Shown here: piece by piece, positions 19,415-28,144 of the stretch
How positions within the stretch are numbered: position 1 is the stretch's first letter
How the letters are laid out: each line of letters opens with the position of its first letter
NCBI GenBank assembly: GCA_963582805.1
Contig: CAUZTZ010000003.1
Location: 1 to 39,172 of the forward strand
From: Alphaproteobacteria bacterium
GTDB taxonomy: Bacteria; Pseudomonadota; Alphaproteobacteria; Rhodospirillales; UBA2165
Direction: 5' to 3'
Length of the DNA stretch: 39,172 nucleotides
Program-made: the position numbers and the translations under genes
Notes under the pieces: model-generated
Seen by the model: only the letters and a program-made list of their open reading frames with translations
What the model was told of the DNA's origin: nothing
Databases searched by the model: none

Positions 19415-20113
19415 ATGATGCAGATACGCAAAAGCCAGGAGCGGGGCGCTGCCAAGCTCGATTGGCTCGACAGCAAACACACATTTTCCTTCGCCGATTA
19501 TCACGATCCAAACCATATGGGGTTTGGCCCGTTGCGGGTTATCAACGAAGACCGCATCGTTGCTAGCGGTGGTTTTCCCACCCATCCGCACCGGGATATG
19601 GAGATTATCTCCTATGTGCTGGAAGGCCAGTTGGCGCATAAGGACAACATGGGCAACGGCTCCATCATCCGGCGCGGCGAAATTCAGAAAATGAGCGCCG
19701 GCACCGGCATCCAGCATTCCGAATTCAATCCATCGGGGGACCAGGGCAACCATTTTTTCCAGATATGGATCATCCCCGACACCCAGGGGCTGGAGCCGTC
19801 CTACGAGCAACAAGACGTGCCGCCGGTCGATACCAGCGGCGCCATGACCTGCATCGGATCAAAGGGCGGCGCTTCCGGCGGCGTCAGCATCCACCAGGAT
19901 GTGGATTTGTACGTGCTGCGCTTAGATGACGGGGAACGCGAAACCTACAGCCCGGCAACCGATCGCCATATCTGGGTGCAAGTGGCCTGGGGGACATTAA
20001 ACGTCAACGGCGAAACCCTGTCGGCGGGCGACGCGGCGGCGCTGGAAGGCGAAGCCTCGGTATTGTTCGAGGCCGGCGAAGATACCGAAGCGTTGGTGTT
20101 CGATCTAGCCTGA
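19415..20113 (+). CDS. Pirin family protein, YhhW-like
   Basis: WLDSKHTFSFADYHDP, GPLRVINED, GFPTHPHRDMEII and MSAGTGIQHSEFN motifs. Confidence 0.92.
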   Translation: MMQIRKSQERGAAKLDWLDSKHTFSFADYHDPNHMGFGPLRVINEDRIVASGGFPTHPHRDMEIISYVLEGQLAHKDNMGNGSIIRRGEIQKMSAGTGIQHSEFNPSGDQGNHFFQIWIIPDTQGLEPSYEQQDVPPVDTSGAMTCIGSKGGASGGVSIHQDVDLYVLRLDDGERETYSPATDRHIWVQVAWGTLNVNGETLSAGDAAALEGEASVLFEAGEDTEALVFDLA

Positions 20114-20288
20114 TGGGCAAAGGATTTCGGGCGGGCGCGATCAAAGTATAGAGGGGCGATGTCGGTTTTTCCGCTGTAAATTTCTGAAATTCACCCAGGA
20201 AATCATTCAAATTCTCGATCATCGGGAAAAATGCGGGCCTTGGCCGACACCACATATGCGCTTAGAGTATTTGCCTGGAGGAACGGTG

Positions 20289-21257
20289 ATGACGGCTGAC
20301 AGCAAATCTTCGGGCCGCGGTATCTTCCGGCCCCGGCGGCTGGGCCATATCAATTATTGGGTCTCGGATGTGGCCGAAACGTCGAAATTCTACCGGGATG
20401 TGGCCGGTCTGCAGACCGTTTATACGCGCCCCGGCATCAAGGCTTATTTCCTCTCCAACGGCAACACCTACCATGATTCGGCGATCTTCGATGTCACCGG
20501 GCCGAGGGGCGAAGGGCGCGTCAATGGCATGCATCACGCTGCGTTCGAATTGGAAACCGAGGCCGAGCTGGTGGAAGATTACGCCCGTATAGGCGCCTAT
20601 GGGTTCGAGTTTGACTGGAACCTGTCCGCCGACGTGGCCCATTGCTGTTACGGCCATGATCCCGAAGGCAACCGGTTTGAAGTATATGCCGACGTCAAGG
20701 CGAACTGGCGCGAGGAACGCTCGGGCGAGATCGACGGCCCCAACCAGAACCCCGATTGGCAGCCGGGAACGACGCGCCCCGTCACGGTGCCTTGCTATCC
20801 GGTGGACCCGGAAATCCTTATTGTCGAAGATGCCGTCTTCCACACCCGCCGCGCCGTTCACTATGCGCTTATCGCCGATGACTATGACCGGCTGTTGGAT
20901 ATCTACACCAAGCTGGTTGGGCTGGTGCCCATGGCCGGCGGCGGCGATCATGATTTCACTTTGCTGGCCGGCAGTGTCGGCGAGGCAAGCATGGCCTTGT
21001 TTCGCCGCCAGCCCGGATGGGACGCCGGGTTTCACCATGGCGGCTTCGAGCTCGACGGCGAGCCCGCGTTCGAGCGGGCGCTGAAATTGTGCGCCGAGCG
21101 CGGCATTGCCATCGAGCGTGTGATCGAACACGGCGCCCGGCGCGCCATCCATATCCAGGACCCATGCGGCAACCGGCTGCAATTTTTCGTCAATGGAGAA
21201 GCCGATTTGGGCGGGCTTGTTGATCTGCCGCCCGAGGATGCGCTGTATCTGGCGTGA
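20289..21257 (+). CDS. Two-domain VOC-family protein, catechol 2,3-dioxygenase-like
   Basis: PRRLGHINYWVSD, SNGNTYHD, MHHAAFELE, DPEGNRFEVY, and a second VOC repeat (FHHGGFEL, DPCGNRLQF); GGAGG RBS. GTG at 20286 is an alternative start. Confidence 0.8.
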   Translation: MTADSKSSGRGIFRPRRLGHINYWVSDVAETSKFYRDVAGLQTVYTRPGIKAYFLSNGNTYHDSAIFDVTGPRGEGRVNGMHHAAFELETEAELVEDYARIGAYGFEFDWNLSADVAHCCYGHDPEGNRFEVYADVKANWREERSGEIDGPNQNPDWQPGTTRPVTVPCYPVDPEILIVEDAVFHTRRAVHYALIADDYDRLLDIYTKLVGLVPMAGGGDHDFTLLAGSVGEASMALFRRQPGWDAGFHHGGFELDGEPAFERALKLCAERGIAIERVIEHGARRAIHIQDPCGNRLQFFVNGEADLGGLVDLPPEDALYLA

Positions 21258-21395
21258 GCGGCTGGATACCCGGAAATCGTGAAACGAAATTAATCCACAC
21301 GTTAAACCGGAATATGCGCCGCGCGGTCTTTAAATTCGGCGGCTGAGAACCAATATCATGTATTCACACCTGAATTCCGTAAGATTGCGGGTGGA

Positions 21396-22691
21396 ATGAT
21401 GGGTAATTGTAATTCAATGGACAATCAGTTGAATATCATCGACACGGAAGTAGATATCTGGCCCGATGCCGAGCGGTTTTGCCGGGCCTTTGAAGATATT
21501 GGCGTTGGCATGGCGATGCTTGAATTGGATGGCAGCTATCGCTGGGTCAACCGGGCCTATTCAGATCTGCTGGGTTACACGAATGCGGAAATCTTAGCCA
21601 AATCCTCCGCCGAGATTACCCATGAGGATGATCTGCACTTCGGTGCCGGCCGCCTGGCAAAACTGAACGCAGGCGATGGTTCCAGCTTCGAGACGGAGAA
21701 ACGCTACATCCATAAAGACGGCCATCCGATTTGGGTGGCGCTGCATTCGTCGACGGTGCTCGACCGGGATGGCAATCCCGATCACTCCATCTGCCAAATT
21801 CAGGATATCCGGGACCGCAAAAATGCCGAGCAGGCGCTTCATGATGCCAACAATAACCTGGAGCGGCTGATCGAATCCCGCACCCGCGAGCTGCGCCAGG
21901 AAATCATCGAGCGAAAATACACCGAAAAAGCGCTGGTGCACGCGGTCGAAAAGGCCGAGGCCGCGAGCCACGCCAAATCCCAGTTCCTCGCCAATATGAG
22001 CCACGAATTTCGCACGCCTTTGAATGCGATCATCGGCTTCTCCGACGCCTTGTCCCATGGCGTGCGGGGGCCGTTGGATAACACCGGCCAGGAAGGCTAT
22101 ATCAACAATATCCTGGTTTCCGGGCAGCATTTGCTGGAACTGGTCAACGACATTCTTGATGTTTCGGCGATCGAGGCCAATAGCCTCGAATTGCGGGAAG
22201 CCGAGTTTTCGCTGGCCGATCTGGCCCACTCGTCTTGCGTTCTGATGGCGCCCCTGGCCGAAAATATGGGCGTTGATTTGCGCAACAACATCCGCGACGA
22301 CGAGGTCTGGATTTTCGGTGATGTGCTTCGCATCAAACAGGTGCTGATCAACCTGTTGACCAATTCGGTAAAATTCACGCCGCGCACGGGATCGGTGAGC
22401 CTCGATTATAACGTTACCGACGATGGCGGCGGCCAAATCTCGGTTACCGATACCGGCGTCGGCATGAGCAATGAAGACATCGCCAAGGCGATGGAAAAAT
22501 TCGGCCGAATATCCCAAGAAATTGAAAACGGCGTGCAGGGCACTGGATTGGGACTGCCCTTGTCGTCCGGGCTGATGGCGTTGCACGACGGCTTGCTGAA
22601 TATCGATTCCAAGCCCGGTAGCGGCACCACCATACGCCTCCGCCTGCCGAAGGAGCGGATGCGGCCCAGCCCCTTAGGCCCCAGCGCTTAA
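21396..22691 (+). CDS. PAS/PAC sensor histidine kinase (PleC/DivJ-like kinase core), no response regulator nearby
   Basis: PAS domain (VNRAYSDLLGY..EKRYIHKDGHPIWV..IQDIRDRK), H-box FLANMSHEFRTPLNAIIGF, N-box QVLINLLTNSVKFT, G boxes DTGVGM and GTGLGL. Start uncertain. Confidence 0.92.
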   Translation: MMGNCNSMDNQLNIIDTEVDIWPDAERFCRAFEDIGVGMAMLELDGSYRWVNRAYSDLLGYTNAEILAKSSAEITHEDDLHFGAGRLAKLNAGDGSSFETEKRYIHKDGHPIWVALHSSTVLDRDGNPDHSICQIQDIRDRKNAEQALHDANNNLERLIESRTRELRQEIIERKYTEKALVHAVEKAEAASHAKSQFLANMSHEFRTPLNAIIGFSDALSHGVRGPLDNTGQEGYINNILVSGQHLLELVNDILDVSAIEANSLELREAEFSLADLAHSSCVLMAPLAENMGVDLRNNIRDDEVWIFGDVLRIKQVLINLLTNSVKFTPRTGSVSLDYNVTDDGGGQISVTDTGVGMSNEDIAKAMEKFGRISQEIENGVQGTGLGLPLSSGLMALHDGLLNIDSKPGSGTTIRLRLPKERMRPSPLGPSA

Positions 22692-22705
22692 CCCCGGAAC
22701 CGGCG

Positions 22706-23236
22706 TTACTTTATTTTGTCGACGATCAAGGCAATCTGCTTGCGGCTAAGATGCATGCGGTTGCCGTCACCCAGGCGCAAGCGGCCCTTGCCGTCAAAGG
22801 CAAAATTCGCCGGCACATAGACCAGCGGCGCAAAATCGTTTTCGACGCGGGGGCTGGCATGAACGACACGGATCGATTTGTGGAAGCCTCTGATAAAGCT
22901 GCGCAGCCGCGCCGGCGACGCATTACCATAGCGGCCTTCGGTCCAGGCAATGGCGATGACGTTTAGCTCCTTGTCGCCGCCGTCCGCCAGATAGTTGCTG
23001 AGTTGCACGAACTCAGAACGACAGACGCCTCACCAACTGGCGAAGAAAATCACCATGGTTGGCTTGCCGTCGAAAAACGCCTCGGTGACAGGCTCGCCCT
23101 TCACGGCGCGCATGCCCATCAATCCGGCCTTGATGTCTTCCGAGAGCTTAAGCCCCGGCCCGGCGTTGGCGTTTGGCGCGGCGAACAGGAAGAAGGCGCC
23201 GAAAGCCAGAATTATGGTTGTCCGTATCATTTTCAT
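22706..23236 (-). CDS. Exported TlpA/AhpC-TSA-like thioredoxin-fold selenoprotein (UxxC; UGA at 23030-23032)
   Basis: Two ORF-track fragments (23030..23314 and 22706..23008) are in the same frame and join through one TGA: GKPTMVIFFASW-U-GVCRSEF...VYVPANFAFD. This matches the TlpA pattern F.A.WCxxC plus the cis-Pro loop. N-terminal signal peptide ends in ANA. Confidence 0.85.
22981..23027 (-). promoter_or_regulatory. Putative bacterial SECIS hairpin of the thioredoxin-fold selenoprotein
   Basis: mRNA after UGA: lower stem CGUCUGUC/GGCGGACG and upper perfect 7-bp stem CUGAGUU-CGUGC-AACUCAG (22998-23016), with G at the second loop position. Confidence 0.7.
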
Positions 23237-23542
23237 TGTTGTGATATTCCAAGTTATTTGGCGAGCGTCACCGTTGCCGTAATCTCTCAAGGAACCCTTG
23301 CTTAAGCCAGTCATAATAGGCCCGGTTTCGGTAAATAATGCGTGAGAAGCGGCGTATCGCTATGTTAAGCGCCTGCATGCGGCCCGTTTGAGATATGGCG
23401 CAATTTTGGCTCTGGCTGGTCCGTTGCGAAGATAATTAAATTGCATCGCCCGGCGGCGGGGTGATTCGGATATTTCCGATCTCCGCGCCGTCAAATCGCC
23501 GGCTGGGCGCCGAGAATATTTCCGTCGAAGCTCTTGTTTTTA

Positions 23543-23556
23543 TTGATTTAGATCAA
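23543..23556. promoter_or_regulatory. FNR/FixK/Dnr-type binding site
   Basis: Perfect TTGAT-TTAG-ATCAA consensus, ~90 bp upstream of the PiT gene in a divergent intergenic region. Confidence 0.7.
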
Positions 23557-23646
23557 TGTAAATTTGTCCGCTATTTCGTAGGTTGACCGGCAACATCGTT
23601 CAGGCTATGCGATGCTCGAAATGGCGGCGCTTCTTCATAGTATTGG

Positions 23647-25188
23647 ATGGTGATCATGTCATTGTTCTCAGGCCCGAAAAGCGATCCCTCCGTGGCAGCC
23701 AAACGCACCACCGTCGATAAAGATCTTAAGCGCATCGTTCAGCTGGAAAAGGCTGCGGTTTACACCAGCCAGCGGAACCTGAACCTGGGCTTCGGACTAT
23801 TGTTCCTGCTCGCGGTTTGGGTGTTCATGCTGTTCCGCACCGGCGGTGACGGCTTTAGTATCCTCGCAATCGCCGCCATTATCGGCGGTTATATGGCGAT
23901 GAATATCGGCGCCAACGATGTCGCCAATAATGTCGGCCCGGCGGTCGGATCGAAGGCCCTGACCTTGTATGGCGCTCTGGCCATCGCCGCAATATTCGAA
24001 GCCAGCGGCGCGCTGATCGCCGGCGGCGATGTTGTCACCACAATTTCCAAAAGCATCATCAGCCCGGACGCTTTCGCTGACAAATCCATATTCATCTGGG
24101 CCATGCTGGCGGCTTTATTGTCGGCGGCGGTCTGGGTCAATCTGGCGACCCTGGTCGGCGCGCCGGTCTCGACCACCCATTCCATCGTCGGCGGCGTCAT
24201 GGGGGCGGGTATCGCGGCGGCCGGTTTCGCGTCGGTTGATTGGGCGGTGATGGGAAAAATCGCCGCCAGTTGGGTGATATCACCAGTGCTCGGCGGTGCT
24301 GTCGCGGCGGCATTTCTGGCTTTCATCAAATTTGCCGTGCTTTACCGGGAAGACAAAATCGCCGCTGCCAAGCGCTGGGTGCCGGTTCTGGTGGCCATTA
24401 TGGCGGCTGTATTCTCGGTCTATCTGGTGATGAAGGGCTTCAAGCGCATCTGGCGGCCCGATGCGTCGGTGATTGCGTTGATCGGCGTCGCCGCCTTCGG
24501 CCTGACCTACATGACCGTCAAATCGGCGATCATCCGTGCCGCCGTGAACCTCGAAAATCGCCGCAAATCGGTGGGCAATCTGTTCACCATTCCGCTGATC
24601 TGCGCAGCGGCGCTTTTGTCTTTCGCGCACGGCTCCAACGATGTTGCCAACGCAGTCGGGCCATTGGCGGCCATCGTCAGCGCGGTAACCCAAGGCACCG
24701 TCGCCGCCAAGGTAACGCTGCCCCTCTGGGTGCTGGCCATCGGCGCTATCGGCATCGTGGTTGGTTTGCTGTTGTTTGGCCCCAAGATTATCGAGATCGT
24801 CGGCGAAAAGATCACCAAGCTGGACCGGGTGCGGGCGTTCTGCGTCGCACTCTCGGCGTCGATCACGGTGATTATTGCATCAACCCTCGGCCTGCCGGTA
24901 TCGTCCACTCACATCGCCGTCGGCGCTGTCTTCGGGGTTGGTTTTTTGCGCGAATTTATCACCAACCGGCGGGTCAATATCGGCATGCCACGGGCGGTTG
25001 GCGCTCAGGCCAGTTCTGGGAGCAAGCCGGCGCCGGCGCCCAGAGAGCGAAGCTGGGCCAAGGCGCGGGCGCGCAAACTGGTGCGGCGCAAGCATTTGAT
25101 GACGATTATAGCCGCCTGGCTGATCACCGTTCCGGCCAGCGCCGTGCTCGCCGCCATACTCTTTTTCGTGATCAATAAATTTAACTAA
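23647..25188 (+). CDS. PiT (PHO4) family inorganic anion transporter (phosphate, or CysP-like sulfate)
   Basis: Duplicated signatures GANDVANNVG and HGSNDVANAVG; PVSTTHSIVG and PVSSTHIAVG. Confidence 0.93.
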   Translation: MVIMSLFSGPKSDPSVAAKRTTVDKDLKRIVQLEKAAVYTSQRNLNLGFGLLFLLAVWVFMLFRTGGDGFSILAIAAIIGGYMAMNIGANDVANNVGPAVGSKALTLYGALAIAAIFEASGALIAGGDVVTTISKSIISPDAFADKSIFIWAMLAALLSAAVWVNLATLVGAPVSTTHSIVGGVMGAGIAAAGFASVDWAVMGKIAASWVISPVLGGAVAAAFLAFIKFAVLYREDKIAAAKRWVPVLVAIMAAVFSVYLVMKGFKRIWRPDASVIALIGVAAFGLTYMTVKSAIIRAAVNLENRRKSVGNLFTIPLICAAALLSFAHGSNDVANAVGPLAAIVSAVTQGTVAAKVTLPLWVLAIGAIGIVVGLLLFGPKIIEIVGEKITKLDRVRAFCVALSASITVIIASTLGLPVSSTHIAVGAVFGVGFLREFITNRRVNIGMPRAVGAQASSGSKPAPAPRERSWAKARARKLVRRKHLMTIIAAWLITVPASAVLAAILFFVINKFN

Positions 25189-25216
25189 GCGCGGCCTCTC
25201 AAGGGGCCTCTTCAAG

Positions 25217-25750
25217 TCAGCTTACGCCCAATTTCTCCGACAATTCCTGGCGCCAATCCTCGATTGGCCGGGTGGTGTCCTCCTTGGCCAGCAGATCTTC
25301 GGTATATTTGAAGATATCCTCGTCGCTCTGATTGAGATCGTAAGGCTCGAGGAAGGGTTGCTGCACATACCAGGGGGTATCGATAAAGGCTTCGGCGGTG
25401 TTGCCTTCGGGGTCTTGAAAATAGACCGACCAGGCGTTGCCGTGGGTCATGGTGCGGATATCGGTTGCTTCGGCCTCGTTGCTGGCCTTGGCGTGAATTT
25501 CGCGCAAAGTATCCATGCTGTCGACGCGGAAGGCCATATGGCCATAGTGTTTGCTGCCTGGCTCGGTGTCGCGTCCGCCGAACATGATCAACTGGTGATG
25601 ATCTTTCGGATCGCCGCACAAAAATACCAGCCGGTCGCCGCCCCGGTCGGTCACCGTGAGGCCGAACACACTGGTGTAAAAATCGATCATCTTGTCCATG
25701 TCGTTCACGTGGAAACCGGCATGGCTGAGAGATACGCGCGGTCCTGTCAT
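25217..25750 (-). CDS. VOC/glyoxalase family protein
   Basis: LSHAGFHVND..FYTSVFGL, DHHQL, HMAFRV and HGNAWSVYFQDPEGN..E motifs; AAGGAG RBS before ATG 25750. Confidence 0.85.
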   Translation of the reverse strand: MTGPRVSLSHAGFHVNDMDKMIDFYTSVFGLTVTDRGGDRLVFLCGDPKDHHQLIMFGGRDTEPGSKHYGHMAFRVDSMDTLREIHAKASNEAEATDIRTMTHGNAWSVYFQDPEGNTAEAFIDTPWYVQQPFLEPYDLNQSDEDIFKYTEDLLAKEDTTRPIEDWRQELSEKLGVS

Positions 25751-25829
25751 TGTCTCGGCTCCTTGAATGTTCGAATTCACGGCAACGGCTTGATTTAAAA
25801 CACAACCGGCCGCCTCGTCTCAAGCAAAT

Positions 25830-26770
25830 TCAGGCGCCGTCCTGGCGTTGCTCCATCATGATGACCAGGGTTATGCCGGTGCAAACCAGCGCGACGCCCC
25901 AATAATGGTAGGCAAACAGGCTTTCCCCCAGATAGGCGACGGCCAGCCCGGCGGAGTAAAACGGAAACAAATTGATAAACACCGCCGCCCGGTGCGACCG
26001 ATGGCGTTGTTGCAAAGGTTCCAGATATAGATGGTGAGAACCGACGTAAACAGCGCCAGATAGGTCAACGCCGCCACCGAGAACGCGGTCACCGGCACCG
26101 GTTTCACAAATATGGTCTCGGCGATATAGAAGGGCAGGATCAGGAGCGATCCGCAAGCGACGATCAGAAATACCACCACCGCCATTGGCAGATCGGACGG
26201 CAGGCGGGCGATGTTCAAGGCGTAGGCGGTGAAGGCCATGGTCGAGATGACCACCAGGATATCGCCTCGATTGAAATCCAAATTCAGAAGGATTTGCCAA
26301 TCGCCGCGCACCGCGATGATCGATACGCCGATGAAGGCCGACACTATGCCGACGAACTGCCAGGCGGAAAATTTGTGCCGGAGGAACAGCATGGCGGCCA
26401 GCGCGGTAAAGGCGGGCTGCGAGGAATTGACCAGGGTGGCGTTCATGGTGGTTGTGAATTTGACCGACCACAATAGCAGCGTGCCGCCGCCGCCGATCAG
26501 TGCGCCCAGAACGAAAAAATACCAAAGGCGCGGAAAAATCTTGTGCCAGTGGCTTATCAAATCCCGCCAGACGAAGGGCAAAAGCACCAGGGCGCCGGCG
26601 GCCCAGCGCCAAAACGACAGCCCGATCGGCGGTATTTCCCCATGCGCCTGCTGCGCCACCACCAGCGATATGGCCCAGAACATCACAATCACGGTGAGCA
26701 CCCAATAGGCCGTGCGCGGCTGAATTTTCCGGGGCAGGAGGCTGGATTTCGGACCGGATTGGTCGGACAT
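25830..26770 (-). pseudogene. EamA/DMT family transporter with a single frameshift near 25996
   Basis: The DMT frame (IPPIGLSFWRW, NATLVNSSQP, NRGDILV) reads to ...NNAIG. The expected C-terminus (HRAAVFINLFPFYSAGLAVAYLGE...) lies in another frame ending at 25830; one missing base restores it. Could be a sequencing error. Confidence 0.8.
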
Positions 26771-26937
26771 GGGGCGGGGGTTCTGTTATTTGTTTATGAG
26801 CGCGGACGGGGTGAAGCGCTATACCTATGTGTTGATCAAGACAACAATAATTTGGCGTTGATCAAAGCCCGGCCTTGCCCGCCCCCGCCCGGCGGCGCTA
26901 TGACCGGTGCAGAGAGAAACAATATTGCGAGATAAAA

Positions 26938-27357
26938 ATGGCCGACTGGTTCGTTACCTATCGTGGCATTGTGCTGCCGCGCCATTGCGATCACTACGGG
27001 CACATGAATGTGCGCTATTACGCCCAGTTCTTTGACGACGGCGGCTTTCAGATGCTGCATCATGCGGGCATCAGCCAGCAAAGCCTGAAGGACCGGGGGA
27101 TCGGGCTGGTGGTCGCCAACGTCAATATCGATTTCGTCGCCGAGATCAAGGCCGGCGAGCTGATGCGTATCGAGGGCGCCTACCGGCGCGTCGGCGGCAA
27201 GAGCCTGACCCACGAGCAACGCATGTACGCCGCCGAAAGCGACCGATTATGCGCCATGCAAACCGAGACCGAAGTGTTTTTCGACGTGAATAAGCGCGCC
27301 TCGGCAGCCATGCCGGGCGATATCCGCGCCCTGATCGAGCCTTTGGTGATCGCCTAG
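26938..27357 (+). CDS. Acyl-CoA thioesterase (4HBT/hotdog family)
   Basis: HCDHYGHMNVRYYAQFFDD and VGGKSL motifs. Confidence 0.85.
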   Translation: MADWFVTYRGIVLPRHCDHYGHMNVRYYAQFFDDGGFQMLHHAGISQQSLKDRGIGLVVANVNIDFVAEIKAGELMRIEGAYRRVGGKSLTHEQRMYAAESDRLCAMQTETEVFFDVNKRASAAMPGDIRALIEPLVIA

Positions 27358-28119
27358 CTAATTATTGAACGAGCCGCCGTCGACCACCATGCATTGGCCG
27401 GTCATGAAGTCCGAATCCGATGACACCAAAAACAACATGGCGCCGGTCAGGTCTTCCGGCTGCTGAAAGCGTTTGAGAGCGCGGGATGTCAAGCTGGCGT
27501 CGGCCCCGGCCATAAACTCGTCGCTCCCCAGAACCCCATCGCTCATGGTCAGTCCCGGTGCCAGCGTGTTGACGCAGATGCCGTCGCCGCCCACTTCGCG
27601 CGACATGGAACGGGTCATGGCGAGGACGGCGCCCTTCGACGTGACGTAGTGGAGGATATTGGGATTGCCCTTGAACAGGGTGCCGGACGCGATATTGACG
27701 ATCTTGCCATAGCCGTTCTTGCGCATCTCAGGCACGGCTGCCTTGGCGCACAGCCAGGGGCCGCGCACATTGACGGCCATCATCTGGTCCCATTCCTCCA
27801 CCGGGATTTCGAAGAACGGCTTGTGGCTGACGGACGCGAACATGGCGGCGTTGGATATCAGGATATCGAGCGTGCCGAATTTGGCCACGGTGTCGGCGAC
27901 CATGGCTTCGGTTGCCGCCTCGTCGGAGACATCGGTCTTTAAGACCAGTGTCTCGGCGCCCTGAAAGCTCTCTTCGATATCTTTTGCCGCCGCGCTCGCG
28001 TCTTGAATATCCGACAGCGCCACGCGGGCGCCCTCGCCGGCCAGCGCCTTGGCGTAGGCCGCCCCGATACCTTGTGCGGCGCCGGTGATGATTGCTACCC
28101 GTCCATCCAATCTACCCAT
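27358..28119 (-). CDS. Short-chain dehydrogenase/reductase (classical SDR)
   Basis: TGAAQGIG, SNAA, YVTSKGA catalytic motif, VNTLAPG and TGQ..VVDGG. Confidence 0.93.
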   Translation of the reverse strand: MGRLDGRVAIITGAAQGIGAAYAKALAGEGARVALSDIQDASAAAKDIEESFQGAETLVLKTDVSDEAATEAMVADTVAKFGTLDILISNAAMFASVSHKPFFEIPVEEWDQMMAVNVRGPWLCAKAAVPEMRKNGYGKIVNIASGTLFKGNPNILHYVTSKGAVLAMTRSMSREVGGDGICVNTLAPGLTMSDGVLGSDEFMAGADASLTSRALKRFQQPEDLTGAMLFLVSSDSDFMTGQCMVVDGGSFNN

Positions 28120-28144
28120 GTCGTCCTCCTAAGTTTGTTGGTAC

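Noticed and set aside
21290-21305. TTAA-TCCACACG-TTAA upstream of the PAS kinase as a CtrA box
   Set aside because: The spacer is 8 nt, not the canonical 7.
23396-23411. TGGCGCAATTTTGGCT as a sigma54 promoter
   Set aside because: GG-N10-GC spacing fits, but the -12 element is TGGC rather than TTGC and it is ~235 bp from the PiT start; too weak to call.
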